The position numbers and the translations under genes were made by a program. A stretch of DNA of 12,245 nucleotides from NCBI GenBank assembly GCA_046581755.1, contig JAYGFR010000208.1, positions 1 to 12,245 on the forward strand. The letters are read 5' to 3'. This DNA is from Nitrospinota bacterium (GTDB lineage: Bacteria; UBA8248). How positions within the stretch are numbered: the first letter of the stretch is position 1; each line of letters begins with the position of its first letter. A model generated the notes under the pieces. That model saw only the letters and a list, made by a program, of their open reading frames with translations, was not told the DNA's origin and ran no database searches. Shown in pieces: positions 1 through 8,276 of the stretch.

Positions 1-107
1 AACTCGATCAGCGTAAAACCACCTGATGTGCAGTTTTTATTTTCAGGGAAGGATGCGGAAATCTTATACCCTCTAATTATATTACAAATGGTATTATAAT
101 AGTACAT
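1..107 (-). CDS. Type II secretion pseudopilin (prepilin N-terminal cleavage/methylation protein), 5' part only, truncated by window edge
   Basis: Manual translation from ATG at 107 gives MYYYNTICNIIRGYKISASFPENKNCTSGGFTLIE(L/F), open to position 1. G|FTLIE (positions 20..3) is the class III signal peptide motif with Glu at +5. ATG lies 3 nt after the gspM stop, with AAGGG just upstream. Which pseudopilin (G/H/I/J) cannot be determined. Confidence 0.85.
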   Translation of the reverse strand, partial: MYYYNTICNIIRGYKISASFPENKNCTSGGFTLIE

Positions 108-110
108 TTT

Positions 111-644
111 TTACCCTTGCACTTTTCGGATCGCAAACGTAATAATATTGGCAAACACTTTCACATAGCCCGGCTTACGTGTGGACCTATCTATCCGCAA
201 TCGGTCTACGCGTATTAGTTTTGGAGCACGTTCGAGATACTCCAAGAATCGAACCAATTCTTTCATTGTCAATTCATCAAAACGAATTGACATTTCATAC
301 CTTCGGTATAAACCCAAATTGTCTTTTTGAGTAGGACTCATCGATGCAAGACGATCCCGAATTTCCGCATGTCCCGCGGCTCTCTCCAAAAATGAGAACA
401 ACGAAAAATCTTCATCTTCCCGGACAAGACGTTTTTCTATATTTTCGAGTAGTATTTTATTTTTCTGAAACCGCCTTAAAAGAACCTTCATTTTCCCCAA
501 ATCATTTTCCGATTGCCGAATTTTCTTTTTCAAAAACGAGTAGCGATTCCAATTAGGAGCGACTATCATTTCGCTGGCTACCACAGCCAGTAATACGGCA
601 CCTCCAATTGTTAAAAATACATATTCTCGGGCGGACAATCTCAT
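111..644 (-). CDS. gspM: Type II secretion system protein GspM (PilO-like)
   Basis: 177 aa. N-terminal LSARE followed by one TM helix, a coiled-coil, then a ferredoxin-like C-terminal pattern (ELVRFLEYLE...IRVDRLRI). Starts 1 nt after the gspL stop with GGAG RBS. Confidence 0.85.
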   Translation of the reverse strand: MRLSAREYVFLTIGGAVLLAVVASEMIVAPNWNRYSFLKKKIRQSENDLGKMKVLLRRFQKNKILLENIEKRLVREDEDFSLFSFLERAAGHAEIRDRLASMSPTQKDNLGLYRRYEMSIRFDELTMKELVRFLEYLERAPKLIRVDRLRIDRSTRKPGYVKVFANIITFAIRKVQG

Positions 645-645
645 T

Positions 646-2175
646 TCACTCCACTGCCTTTTCTTTAAGGGAAAGTTGGAGAGAAAATTCTACTCCTCGT
701 TTTCCAGAGATTCTTTTCGATCGTTTGACTATCGGAGACCCTAAACTGCTTTTTTCAGCCAAGATGGTTTTGATCTTGTTAACGGCTTCATAGGTTATAG
801 TTTCCCCCTTCATGGATACCGTCTGACTATCGACCAATAGTTCATTTAACCTAAGCTGGATTGATAACGGAATAGAAGAATTAACAAGCGAGAAAATCTC
901 CAATATCGAATTTTTGTTATGTGATTTCCCCAACAACTCATTTAGCCGCTCGGATTGATTCTGTATTTGGGCAACCAACCGCTGGCTCGAATTGGGTACA
1001 TTTCTTTCCTTGGGGAATACTTCCCGGAGCATGGTTCGAATACGCGCCTGAACCGCATTTAGGCGAAGTTCCTCTTTTTGCACTTTAACCGTCAAATTGG
1101 CATAACCAAGGAAAAGTGCAACACCGACCGACACGCATGCGGCTAGGATAGGCCGACGTATATCACGCCAACTCTCTTGGCGTACAAATTCCTCACGGCG
1201 AAGGGTGAAATCCCTGCCAAATAATTTTTTCCCATTTACCGCCGCCCCGATGGCTCCACTAACTCTCCCCAATTGTCTGGATTGGTATTGATCTTTCAAT
1301 ACCACATAGCTCCTCAATCCCGGGGAAAGTTCCTGGCAATGAATTTGCAATTCGGACTCAATCACTTTCGCAATTTTAGGCAAATGCCCCTCACCGGTCA
1401 TAACAATATGAGCGACCTTTCGTTCATTTTTCAAATATGCGGAACAAGACCGTATCGTACGTTTCATTTCCGTCAACAAAAAAGGAATGTCGATATCGTT
1501 TTTTGAAGTTTGCGGAACTTCCCCCCCTTCAATAATTATCGGCTTGCTCTCATCCTCATCATCTCTTTGAATTGTCCGGATATAGATGGGACTCCCTTCG
1601 TCGCATAATGAAAAAGAAATGTGCTGAGCACCGATATGCAGAGCGCCAAATACGGTTCCACGATATTTCGGCATGAATGCCAAAATGGTTTTGATTACAC
1701 TGAGAGGGGAATAATCGATCCGAATAGGTTCGATACCAAGCTTGGCTAGCCGGTCCAATTGGTCGGCTAACATGATTTTAGGAGCACCTACAGCTAAAAC
1801 TTCCAAAGAATTATCGTCCTTCCCTCCGGAAAGAACAAAATCCGCCACCGCTTCATCCACCGCAAGTGGCATCGAACTTTCCATTTCGGCCTTGAGGACC
1901 TGCTCAATTTTTGAAATCCGGCGAAATGGAAATCGAAGCGGCGAAGAAATTGCTTCATGCCCTGGCAATGATGCAATCACCGAACCCGTATATCCGCCTG
2001 AATTACTCCATTTTTGATAGTCATCCCTCGCGCTCTCCCATGCTTCCCGATCGCCCACATCTCCAGGAAGTTCGGCAAAATATATGGATTCGAGAAAAAG
2101 GCGCCTCCATCCCTTTCGGATTTTTACCGCTCGCAAATAACGCCCCTCTAATTCCACGCTGACCAACCTGGCCAT
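646..2175 (-). CDS. gspL: Type II secretion system protein GspL (PilM-like actin-fold cytoplasmic domain + TM + PilN-like periplasmic domain)
   Basis: Actin-like motifs in degenerate form (VSVELEG, LHIGA, VMTGEG), one TM (PILAACVSVGVALFLGYA), then a PilN/GspL-type C-terminus (LRLNELLVD..VSMKGET...VEFSLQL). ATG at 2175 has GAGG 9 nt upstream; the ORF-track GTG at 2190 is the alternative start. Confidence 0.82.
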   Translation of the reverse strand: MARLVSVELEGRYLRAVKIRKGWRRLFLESIYFAELPGDVGDREAWESARDDYQKWSNSGGYTGSVIASLPGHEAISSPLRFPFRRISKIEQVLKAEMESSMPLAVDEAVADFVLSGGKDDNSLEVLAVGAPKIMLADQLDRLAKLGIEPIRIDYSPLSVIKTILAFMPKYRGTVFGALHIGAQHISFSLCDEGSPIYIRTIQRDDEDESKPIIIEGGEVPQTSKNDIDIPFLLTEMKRTIRSCSAYLKNERKVAHIVMTGEGHLPKIAKVIESELQIHCQELSPGLRSYVVLKDQYQSRQLGRVSGAIGAAVNGKKLFGRDFTLRREEFVRQESWRDIRRPILAACVSVGVALFLGYANLTVKVQKEELRLNAVQARIRTMLREVFPKERNVPNSSQRLVAQIQNQSERLNELLGKSHNKNSILEIFSLVNSSIPLSIQLRLNELLVDSQTVSMKGETITYEAVNKIKTILAEKSSLGSPIVKRSKRISGKRGVEFSLQLSLKEKAVE

Positions 2176-2202
2176 AACTCTATGCCTCACCGGACATTTG
2201 AC

Positions 2203-3423
2203 TTAACGTATCAACTGACTTATTTCGAACAATGGAAGCAATACCGCCAACACAACAAACCCCACAGCAACCCCCATAACCAGTATAAGAACGGGATCTA
2301 CCAGAGACATCATAGTTTGAATTGTTGATTCCGATTCTTCTTCCAGGTGCGCCGATACCTTTATCAACATGTCGTCAAGCCGGCCGGTTTGCTCGCCAAC
2401 TCCAATCATATCGGTGAACACCGGAGGAAAGTAGCCACTCCTTTCCAATGACGCACCAAGGGCCCCGCCTTTGTGGGTTTCCTCCCTGGCGCGATCCACC
2501 CAGTGCTCTAAAACCCTATTTCCGATTACCAGCTTCGAAATCGTCAAGGCATCCAATATGGGCACGCCCGCCGCCAACAACTCACCAAGAGTGCGGCCAA
2601 AACGAGCGATGGCTCTCTTTAGAATCAAACCGCCATAAAAGGGAATTTTTAGCTTTGCTCCTTCGACAGTCCATCTTCCTTTTTCTGTCCGGTTCCATAC
2701 GAAAAAAATGACCGCGATTGCTACCAAGGCAAGTATCCATAATTCCGCATAATGACTCAGTGCATAACTGCCTTTTATCAACACCTGGGTAGGCCATGGG
2801 AGATCCTGTTGCGCGCGGCTAAATATTTTGACAACTCTTGGAACGACAAATGTCATCATGAATATAAGTACCGACATGCCTGTCATCACCATCAACGCGG
2901 GATACGCGAGGGCACCTGTAAGCCGGCGGCGAAGGTTTTGTTGGAGCTCCAAATAATCGGCGAGACGGCTTAAAATTTTGTCCAGGGCGCCGCTGGCTTC
3001 ACCCGCGCGAACCAGACTCACATACAATTCAGAAAAAACTTTTGGATGCTCTTTCATTGCCTTTTCAAGAGGCATCCCCTCGTTGACATTTTCCCGGATT
3101 TGAATAAACAACCTTCTGCTGGTTTCGTCCCGGCTTTGCCGAACGAGAATCGACATGGCCGGAACAACTTGCAATCCTGCACTTAAAAGCGTCGCAAGAT
3201 GACGAGTAAAAGCCGCAAGACTTGGGGCGGAAAACCCTCTGGATATTTTCAAATATGACAGCGGGGAACCGAACTTGCGTGCCTGGATGAAATCACTGAC
3301 TTCTATCGGGTAAAGCCCTTTTTGCCGAATTACCTCCCGAGCCGCGGAAGAGCTTTCCGCAACCACCTCATCCTCATGGGTTTGTCCACGAGAATCGAGA
3401 GCTCGGTACATAAAAACAGGCAT
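2203..3423 (-). CDS. gspF: Type II secretion inner-membrane platform protein GspF
   Basis: Typical N-terminus MPVFMYRALDSRG, FTRHLATLLSAG, AGEASGALDKIL.RLADY, ALAYP, VGEQTGRLD and C-terminal VLLPLF; three TM segments. ATG at 3423 is preferred over 3447 (family N-terminus, GGAG upstream). Confidence 0.95.
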   Translation of the reverse strand: MPVFMYRALDSRGQTHEDEVVAESSSAAREVIRQKGLYPIEVSDFIQARKFGSPLSYLKISRGFSAPSLAAFTRHLATLLSAGLQVVPAMSILVRQSRDETSRRLFIQIRENVNEGMPLEKAMKEHPKVFSELYVSLVRAGEASGALDKILSRLADYLELQQNLRRRLTGALAYPALMVMTGMSVLIFMMTFVVPRVVKIFSRAQQDLPWPTQVLIKGSYALSHYAELWILALVAIAVIFFVWNRTEKGRWTVEGAKLKIPFYGGLILKRAIARFGRTLGELLAAGVPILDALTISKLVIGNRVLEHWVDRAREETHKGGALGASLERSGYFPPVFTDMIGVGEQTGRLDDMLIKVSAHLEEESESTIQTMMSLVDPVLILVMGVAVGFVVLAVLLPLFEISQLIR

Positions 3424-3462
3424 ACTCGCTACTCTCCATGATGGCATCGTAGTTCAGTCCGG

Positions 3463-5184
3463 CTAGGATTGAACAATGCGAAGAACCTCTTCTGGGGTGG
3501 TGATACCAGACATGACTTTAAGACCTCCATCCTGGAGCAGAGTCTTCATCCCATTTTTTCTCGCCACCGCCTTAATGGTGGTGGAATCACTGGCAGTATT
3601 TATAATGTCGCGCAACTCATCGTTAATATCCAAAATTTCGAATATGCCCGAACGCCCACGGTATCCGGTATGATAGCAAGCGGGGCATCCTCTTCCTCGT
3701 TTAAATTTCGCCATCTCCGAAGGATTTTTAATCCCTTCGATTCCAACCTCACGAAGGATTCCGGCATCAAATTCCGCCTCCTCGCTGCATTGAGGACATA
3801 TACGCCTGACAAGGCGCTGGGCCATCACACCCGCAAGCGTGGACGATATCAAAAAAGGTTCAATTCCCATTTCGGCGAGCCGCGTCACGGCGCCTACCGC
3901 ATCGTTGGTATGCAAGGTGCTGAAAACAAGATGGCCTGTCAGCGAGGCGTTAATAGCTACTTCCGCGGTTTCCCGATCGCGAATTTCACCTACCAGGATG
4001 ACATCCGGATCTTGCCGGAGGATGGAACGAAGGCCTTCGGCGAATGATATTCCTCCCTTGGATGCCACCCGCATTTGCGCTATTCCGTCAAGCTGATACT
4101 CGACGGGGGCTTCGATGGTCATGATATTCGTTTCCGAAGAGCGAACTTTTTGAATTGCCGCATAAAGGGTGGTGGTTTTCCCGCTCCCCGTGGGACCTGT
4201 CACAAGAATGATTCCGTTTGATTTTCGGATATGCCGGGAGAATATTTTGAACTGATCGGACGAAAATCCGATGTCCTCCAATTCGAGCATAAGACTGCTC
4301 CGGTCGAGAAGCCGGAGAACGAGCCTCTCACCGTGAACTGTCGGAACGGAGGATACCCGCATGTCAATTTCCCGCCCTGCCACCCTCCTCTGTATACGGC
4401 CGTCTTGAGGAAGCCTCTTTTCGGCGATGTCCATTCCCGCCATCACTTTTAGACGAGAAATAACCGACATCTGATGAGGCTTATCCAGTCTGAGGATATC
4501 GTGCAGTATACCATCCACACGCAGCCGGATTTTCATTTCCTTTTCATAAGGCTCCCAGTGTATATCACTGGCACGGTCACGAACGGCTTGGTGAATCACC
4601 CGGTTGACCAGACGAATTACCGGCGCCTCGTGGGATAAGTCCAACTCCTCATCTAGCCGCCCGCTTTCCGATATGGCAATTCCGTTTTCATCATCGTTGA
4701 GTTCATGCATCATGGCGCTGGCGGAATGTTCTTCTCTTTCGTAAAGAGATTGGATGGCTACCTGAATAGCCCGCTCAGGGGCCAATACCGGCTCTGTACG
4801 AATTCCCAGAATCGTGCCCAACGAGTCGACAGGAGCCAGATCAACGGGGTCAATGGTGGCAATCAGCAGGCGTGCTTTCTCCTGCCGGGCGGGAATCACC
4901 TTGTGACGAATCAGGAAAGGAACCGGAAGCCGGGAAAGCAAATCGGGATCGATTTCTTTCAAATCAAATTCATCGAGATAGGGAATATTCAGTTGAAGCG
5001 ACAACGCCTCCAACAACTCGCGCTCACTAATAAATCCTTTTTCAACGAGCAATTCACCCAGCAAACGCCCGTTTGCCCGCTGCTCCTCCAAACCGGCCTC
5101 GAGTTGGGACTGATGCAGATCCGTCGCCTCCACCAGCCAGGCGCCGATCGGCTTGTGAGAACTTGAAATAGAAGCTTCGCTCAC
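3463..5184 (-). CDS. gspE: Type II secretion ATPase GspE
   Basis: Walker A GPTGSGKTTT, Walker B region LRQDPDVILVGEIRD, His boxes TGHLVFSTLHTN, tetracysteine CPQC...CPAC, RASDIHWEP, EKRLPQDGR. GTG start overlaps the gspD stop (GTGA) with AAGGAG RBS. Confidence 0.96.
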   Translation of the reverse strand: MSEASISSSHKPIGAWLVEATDLHQSQLEAGLEEQRANGRLLGELLVEKGFISERELLEALSLQLNIPYLDEFDLKEIDPDLLSRLPVPFLIRHKVIPARQEKARLLIATIDPVDLAPVDSLGTILGIRTEPVLAPERAIQVAIQSLYEREEHSASAMMHELNDDENGIAISESGRLDEELDLSHEAPVIRLVNRVIHQAVRDRASDIHWEPYEKEMKIRLRVDGILHDILRLDKPHQMSVISRLKVMAGMDIAEKRLPQDGRIQRRVAGREIDMRVSSVPTVHGERLVLRLLDRSSLMLELEDIGFSSDQFKIFSRHIRKSNGIILVTGPTGSGKTTTLYAAIQKVRSSETNIMTIEAPVEYQLDGIAQMRVASKGGISFAEGLRSILRQDPDVILVGEIRDRETAEVAINASLTGHLVFSTLHTNDAVGAVTRLAEMGIEPFLISSTLAGVMAQRLVRRICPQCSEEAEFDAGILREVGIEGIKNPSEMAKFKRGRGCPACYHTGYRGRSGIFEILDINDELRDIINTASDSTTIKAVARKNGMKTLLQDGGLKVMSGITTPEEVLRIVQS

Positions 5185-7292
5185 ATCCGCTCCTTAATCG
5201 ATTTCACTTTGGGCTTAATGAGGTTTTCGGTTTCGCCTTTCTTGAACTCGGTCAGACGTTGATGCTCAGCCGGAGACGTAACGATCCGGGGCGTTATGAA
5301 AATCAACAGGTTGGTCTTGATTTTCGTCTTTCGTGTAGTCTTGAACAGGGCCCCCAGGATCGGAATATCTCCCAGAAATGGGACCTTTACCTCCAAATCC
5401 TTCGTGTCGTCACGAATCAATCCTCCGATAACGACGGTTTGACCATCCTCTACGCTGACCGTTGTCGTGGCCTGCCGTTTGGTGGTAACAACGGCGCCTA
5501 CCTGTGATTCTTCGACGAAATTCAGAATCTCCTGAAACAGTTTGAGCCGCACAAACCGGTTCGGACTGATGTGAGGGGTAATTCGAAGTATCACGCCAAT
5601 ATCCTTGAACTCGAAATTTTGAATCGTGGATCCATCGGAAGTAGTCTGGGATTGGGTGACAAAAGGCCTGTTTTCACCGACTATGATCTCCGCCTCTTCG
5701 TTATCAAGGGTCAATATTTGTGGGGTCGAAAGAATATTGATTTCAGAATCGGATTCAAAAGCCCGGATAAGCCCTCTCAAATTTAAAAACGACTGATTTC
5801 CGAACGTAAGAGATCCGCGTACGGCTCCCAATACCAACCCGGTCGGCCCCGCAAACGGAGCGGCTGCAAACTGATTGATGATTCCCTGTGAAGAAGCACC
5901 TATCGGCAAGTTGGTTCCCCCAATCGATTGGAGAGACCCCCCCTTAACACTGTTGAAGATTCGCCACTCAAATCCCAGATCCCTTGCTTTCTCCAGCGTC
6001 ATTTCGGCGATGAGCACCTCGACAAGAACCTGAGAACGACGCACATCGAGCTTTTCGATAATTTCGATCAGAGAATTATAGTCCCGGGGGGAAGCTCGAA
6101 CGATGAGCGAATTTGTAGACCTATCGGGGGTAATCACGACATCAGAAAGGAGCCCGGTTCCCTGCTCAGTATTCTTTCCCGGGATCGCCGGCGTCGAGGG
6201 CCGCACCCTCCTGCGGCTTCTGTTCCTTGTGTTTCGGGAGCCTCTCCTGGAGCCGGAAAACTTCGCCCCGGATACTTTGTCCTTGGTATCGATCTGCAGA
6301 TTAAGCACCTTTGCCAACTCTTCCGCCAAGGAATGTTTCAGCCGATACACATGAATACGCTTTCTATCCGGAAGAGGCGGGATATCCAACTTTTTCACTA
6401 AACTCCTTAGCCGAAGTATTTCAGACTTGGGAGCCACGAATATTATGGCATTAATCCTTTCGTCCGGAATAATTTTGACTTCTTTTTTCGGGACAAACCC
6501 GCCGGCACTCGTCAACGAAGGCCGGCCTCCTGTGGTGGCCGGACGTCTCCGCACCGGGATTGAACCCTGCCTGGTTTCCTTGATCAATTCCTTCAACGTA
6601 TCCGCCATTTCAGAAGCAAGCGCGTATTTCATGCGGACGACAACCACTTCCGACACGGCGGCGGGAATGTCCACCGACTTGATGATGGACATCAACCTCC
6701 GGACATTCGCTTCGGTGTCTGTGAGTATCAAGGCGTTCGCGGGGCGATAGGCGGCGAGGTTTCCCTCCCGCGCCGCAAGCGGCCTGAGAAGCCCTGCAAG
6801 GGCGGATGCGTCCGCATGAGCGAGGTGGATGAACGCCGTTACAATCCGGTCTGATGTCAACAATCCCTTGTATTTCTCGAGCGAGAAGGTCGGAACCCCG
6901 GAGCGCGAGGCCTCTCGAAGCGGAACGATCTTCATCACTTTTCCGGAAGGTACAACCGCAAAGCCGTAGGTATGCAAAAGCGAGAGAAGTACCTGATAAA
7001 CATCTCGCATTCGAATTTTGGCCGGAGTGATAATCGTGACGTTTCCGCGGACTTTTTCGTCCACCAAAAAATTCCGGCCCGTAATTTCGCTGATGTGTTT
7101 GATAACGACACGAATATCCGCATTGTCGAAATCAAGCGAAATCAGATTGGCCGATTCCCGTTGCGCCGGAGAGACCGGCTGCGCCATGACAGTCCGTTTC
7201 AGCGCCCCCCCCGGCGAAATGATGAGCGCACCCATAACCATCGAAAACAAAGCCAAAATGAGCAATACATTTCTTTTTCTTCCGCTATGCAT
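5181..7292 (-). CDS. gspD: Type II secretion secretin GspD
   Basis: Signal peptide, N0 (LDFDNADIRVVIKHISEITGRNFLVD), N1-N3 repeats, and secretin domain (QVLVEVLIAE, LSTPQILTLDNEEAEIIVG, GGLI...KVPFLGDIPILGALFK, LLIFITPRIV). Confidence 0.97.
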   Translation of the reverse strand: MHSGRKRNVLLILALFSMVMGALIISPGGALKRTVMAQPVSPAQRESANLISLDFDNADIRVVIKHISEITGRNFLVDEKVRGNVTIITPAKIRMRDVYQVLLSLLHTYGFAVVPSGKVMKIVPLREASRSGVPTFSLEKYKGLLTSDRIVTAFIHLAHADASALAGLLRPLAAREGNLAAYRPANALILTDTEANVRRLMSIIKSVDIPAAVSEVVVVRMKYALASEMADTLKELIKETRQGSIPVRRRPATTGGRPSLTSAGGFVPKKEVKIIPDERINAIIFVAPKSEILRLRSLVKKLDIPPLPDRKRIHVYRLKHSLAEELAKVLNLQIDTKDKVSGAKFSGSRRGSRNTRNRSRRRVRPSTPAIPGKNTEQGTGLLSDVVITPDRSTNSLIVRASPRDYNSLIEIIEKLDVRRSQVLVEVLIAEMTLEKARDLGFEWRIFNSVKGGSLQSIGGTNLPIGASSQGIINQFAAAPFAGPTGLVLGAVRGSLTFGNQSFLNLRGLIRAFESDSEINILSTPQILTLDNEEAEIIVGENRPFVTQSQTTSDGSTIQNFEFKDIGVILRITPHISPNRFVRLKLFQEILNFVEESQVGAVVTTKRQATTTVSVEDGQTVVIGGLIRDDTKDLEVKVPFLGDIPILGALFKTTRKTKIKTNLLIFITPRIVTSPAEHQRLTEFKKGETENLIKPKVKSIKERM

Positions 7293-7310
7293 TATCTCAC
7301 CGCATTCTTG

Positions 7311-8261
7311 TTAGCGAATTCGAAATATTTTCTTTTCCTTTTTCCCCTGCCTCAATAAGCCGATCGTTCCCGATTCGCCTTCAATCATTCTCGACAAGGC
7401 GGAAACCATCTCTAATTTGTTACGCACGGGATCGTTGTTGACTTCAAAAATGACATCGCCTCCCCGAATTCCGAGATAGCGAAGAAATCTTCCGCGTCCG
7501 GCAGGGAAAACGCGCAAGCCAGTATCTCCGTCCTTACTTCTGAAAGGCACCACCCGAAACTGAGATTTCAGGCCGGGCGGACGATTGATAATTCTTTTCA
7601 AACGGGGACGTGACAGTATCCGGGTCTGTTTTCGAGGCGGTGGTACCGGCCTTCCCAGAGAAGAACGAACAGGGCCGCGAGGCCCCATCATGCGCGGCGG
7701 CCGTCCAGGAACATTTCGGCTCATTCGTGGGATATTTTTTTTTCGCTCCTCGAACGCTCGAAATATCTGGGTCTTTCCATCATATATCAAAGTTACTTCA
7801 TTTCGCCTGACGTCCTTGATGTATGCCCCATTTATTCTTTCGCCTACGCGGTGAATTTTTTGGGTGCCCTTCCCTTTGTCCTTAAAAATCGCATATCGCA
7901 ACCCCTCGCCCCCGACCGTGGTGCCAACCAGTTGGAGACTCAAAGCAGGAACGGGTTTCCTCTTCGCCATCAGCTGTTTTCTTGCCCGTATTTTCGGCAG
8001 CGGGCGCTGGACATTGAGTTTTTTCTTTTTCTTCAAATATCCGATGGGTCTGGACGAAAACAAATCCCGTTTTAGGATTTTGGAATAATCAATTTTCTCC
8101 ACCTTGCGGGGCTTTATAATTTCAAACTTTTGGGTCTGAGCGGACTTGAAAACAGGAGGCCGTGAAAGCGAACGGTAAGTCACATAGAGGTCCATACCCA
8201 GCACCGCACTCGCCGAAACCGCGACAAAAATCACCCCGTAAAGCATACGGCGAATGCTCAT
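7311..8261 (-). CDS. gspC: Type II secretion protein GspC (TM + HR domain + PDZ)
   Basis: N-terminal TM; HR-domain pattern LQLVGTTVG...AIF...HRVGERINGAYIKDVRRNEVTL; C-terminal PDZ-like LGIRGGDVIFEVNN...LLRQGK; located immediately upstream of gspD; GAGG RBS. Confidence 0.88.
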   Translation of the reverse strand: MSIRRMLYGVIFVAVSASAVLGMDLYVTYRSLSRPPVFKSAQTQKFEIIKPRKVEKIDYSKILKRDLFSSRPIGYLKKKKKLNVQRPLPKIRARKQLMAKRKPVPALSLQLVGTTVGGEGLRYAIFKDKGKGTQKIHRVGERINGAYIKDVRRNEVTLIYDGKTQIFRAFEERKKNIPRMSRNVPGRPPRMMGPRGPVRSSLGRPVPPPRKQTRILSRPRLKRIINRPPGLKSQFRVVPFRSKDGDTGLRVFPAGRGRFLRYLGIRGGDVIFEVNNDPVRNKLEMVSALSRMIEGESGTIGLLRQGKKEKKIFRIR

Positions 8262-8276
8262 CTACGACCCCTCAAT

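Noticed and set aside
92..101. Palindrome TATTATAATA containing TATAAT on both strands (internal promoter for pseudopilins?)
   Set aside because: No convincing -35 element, it lies inside the proposed coding start, and it is expected by chance in AT-rich sequence.
111..7292. Alternative call as a type IV pilus cluster (pilQ/pilB/pilC/pilMNO)
   Set aside because: The presence of gspC, a GspD-type N0-N3 secretin without AMIN domains, the C-D-E-F order and a fused L-type protein indicate T2SS.
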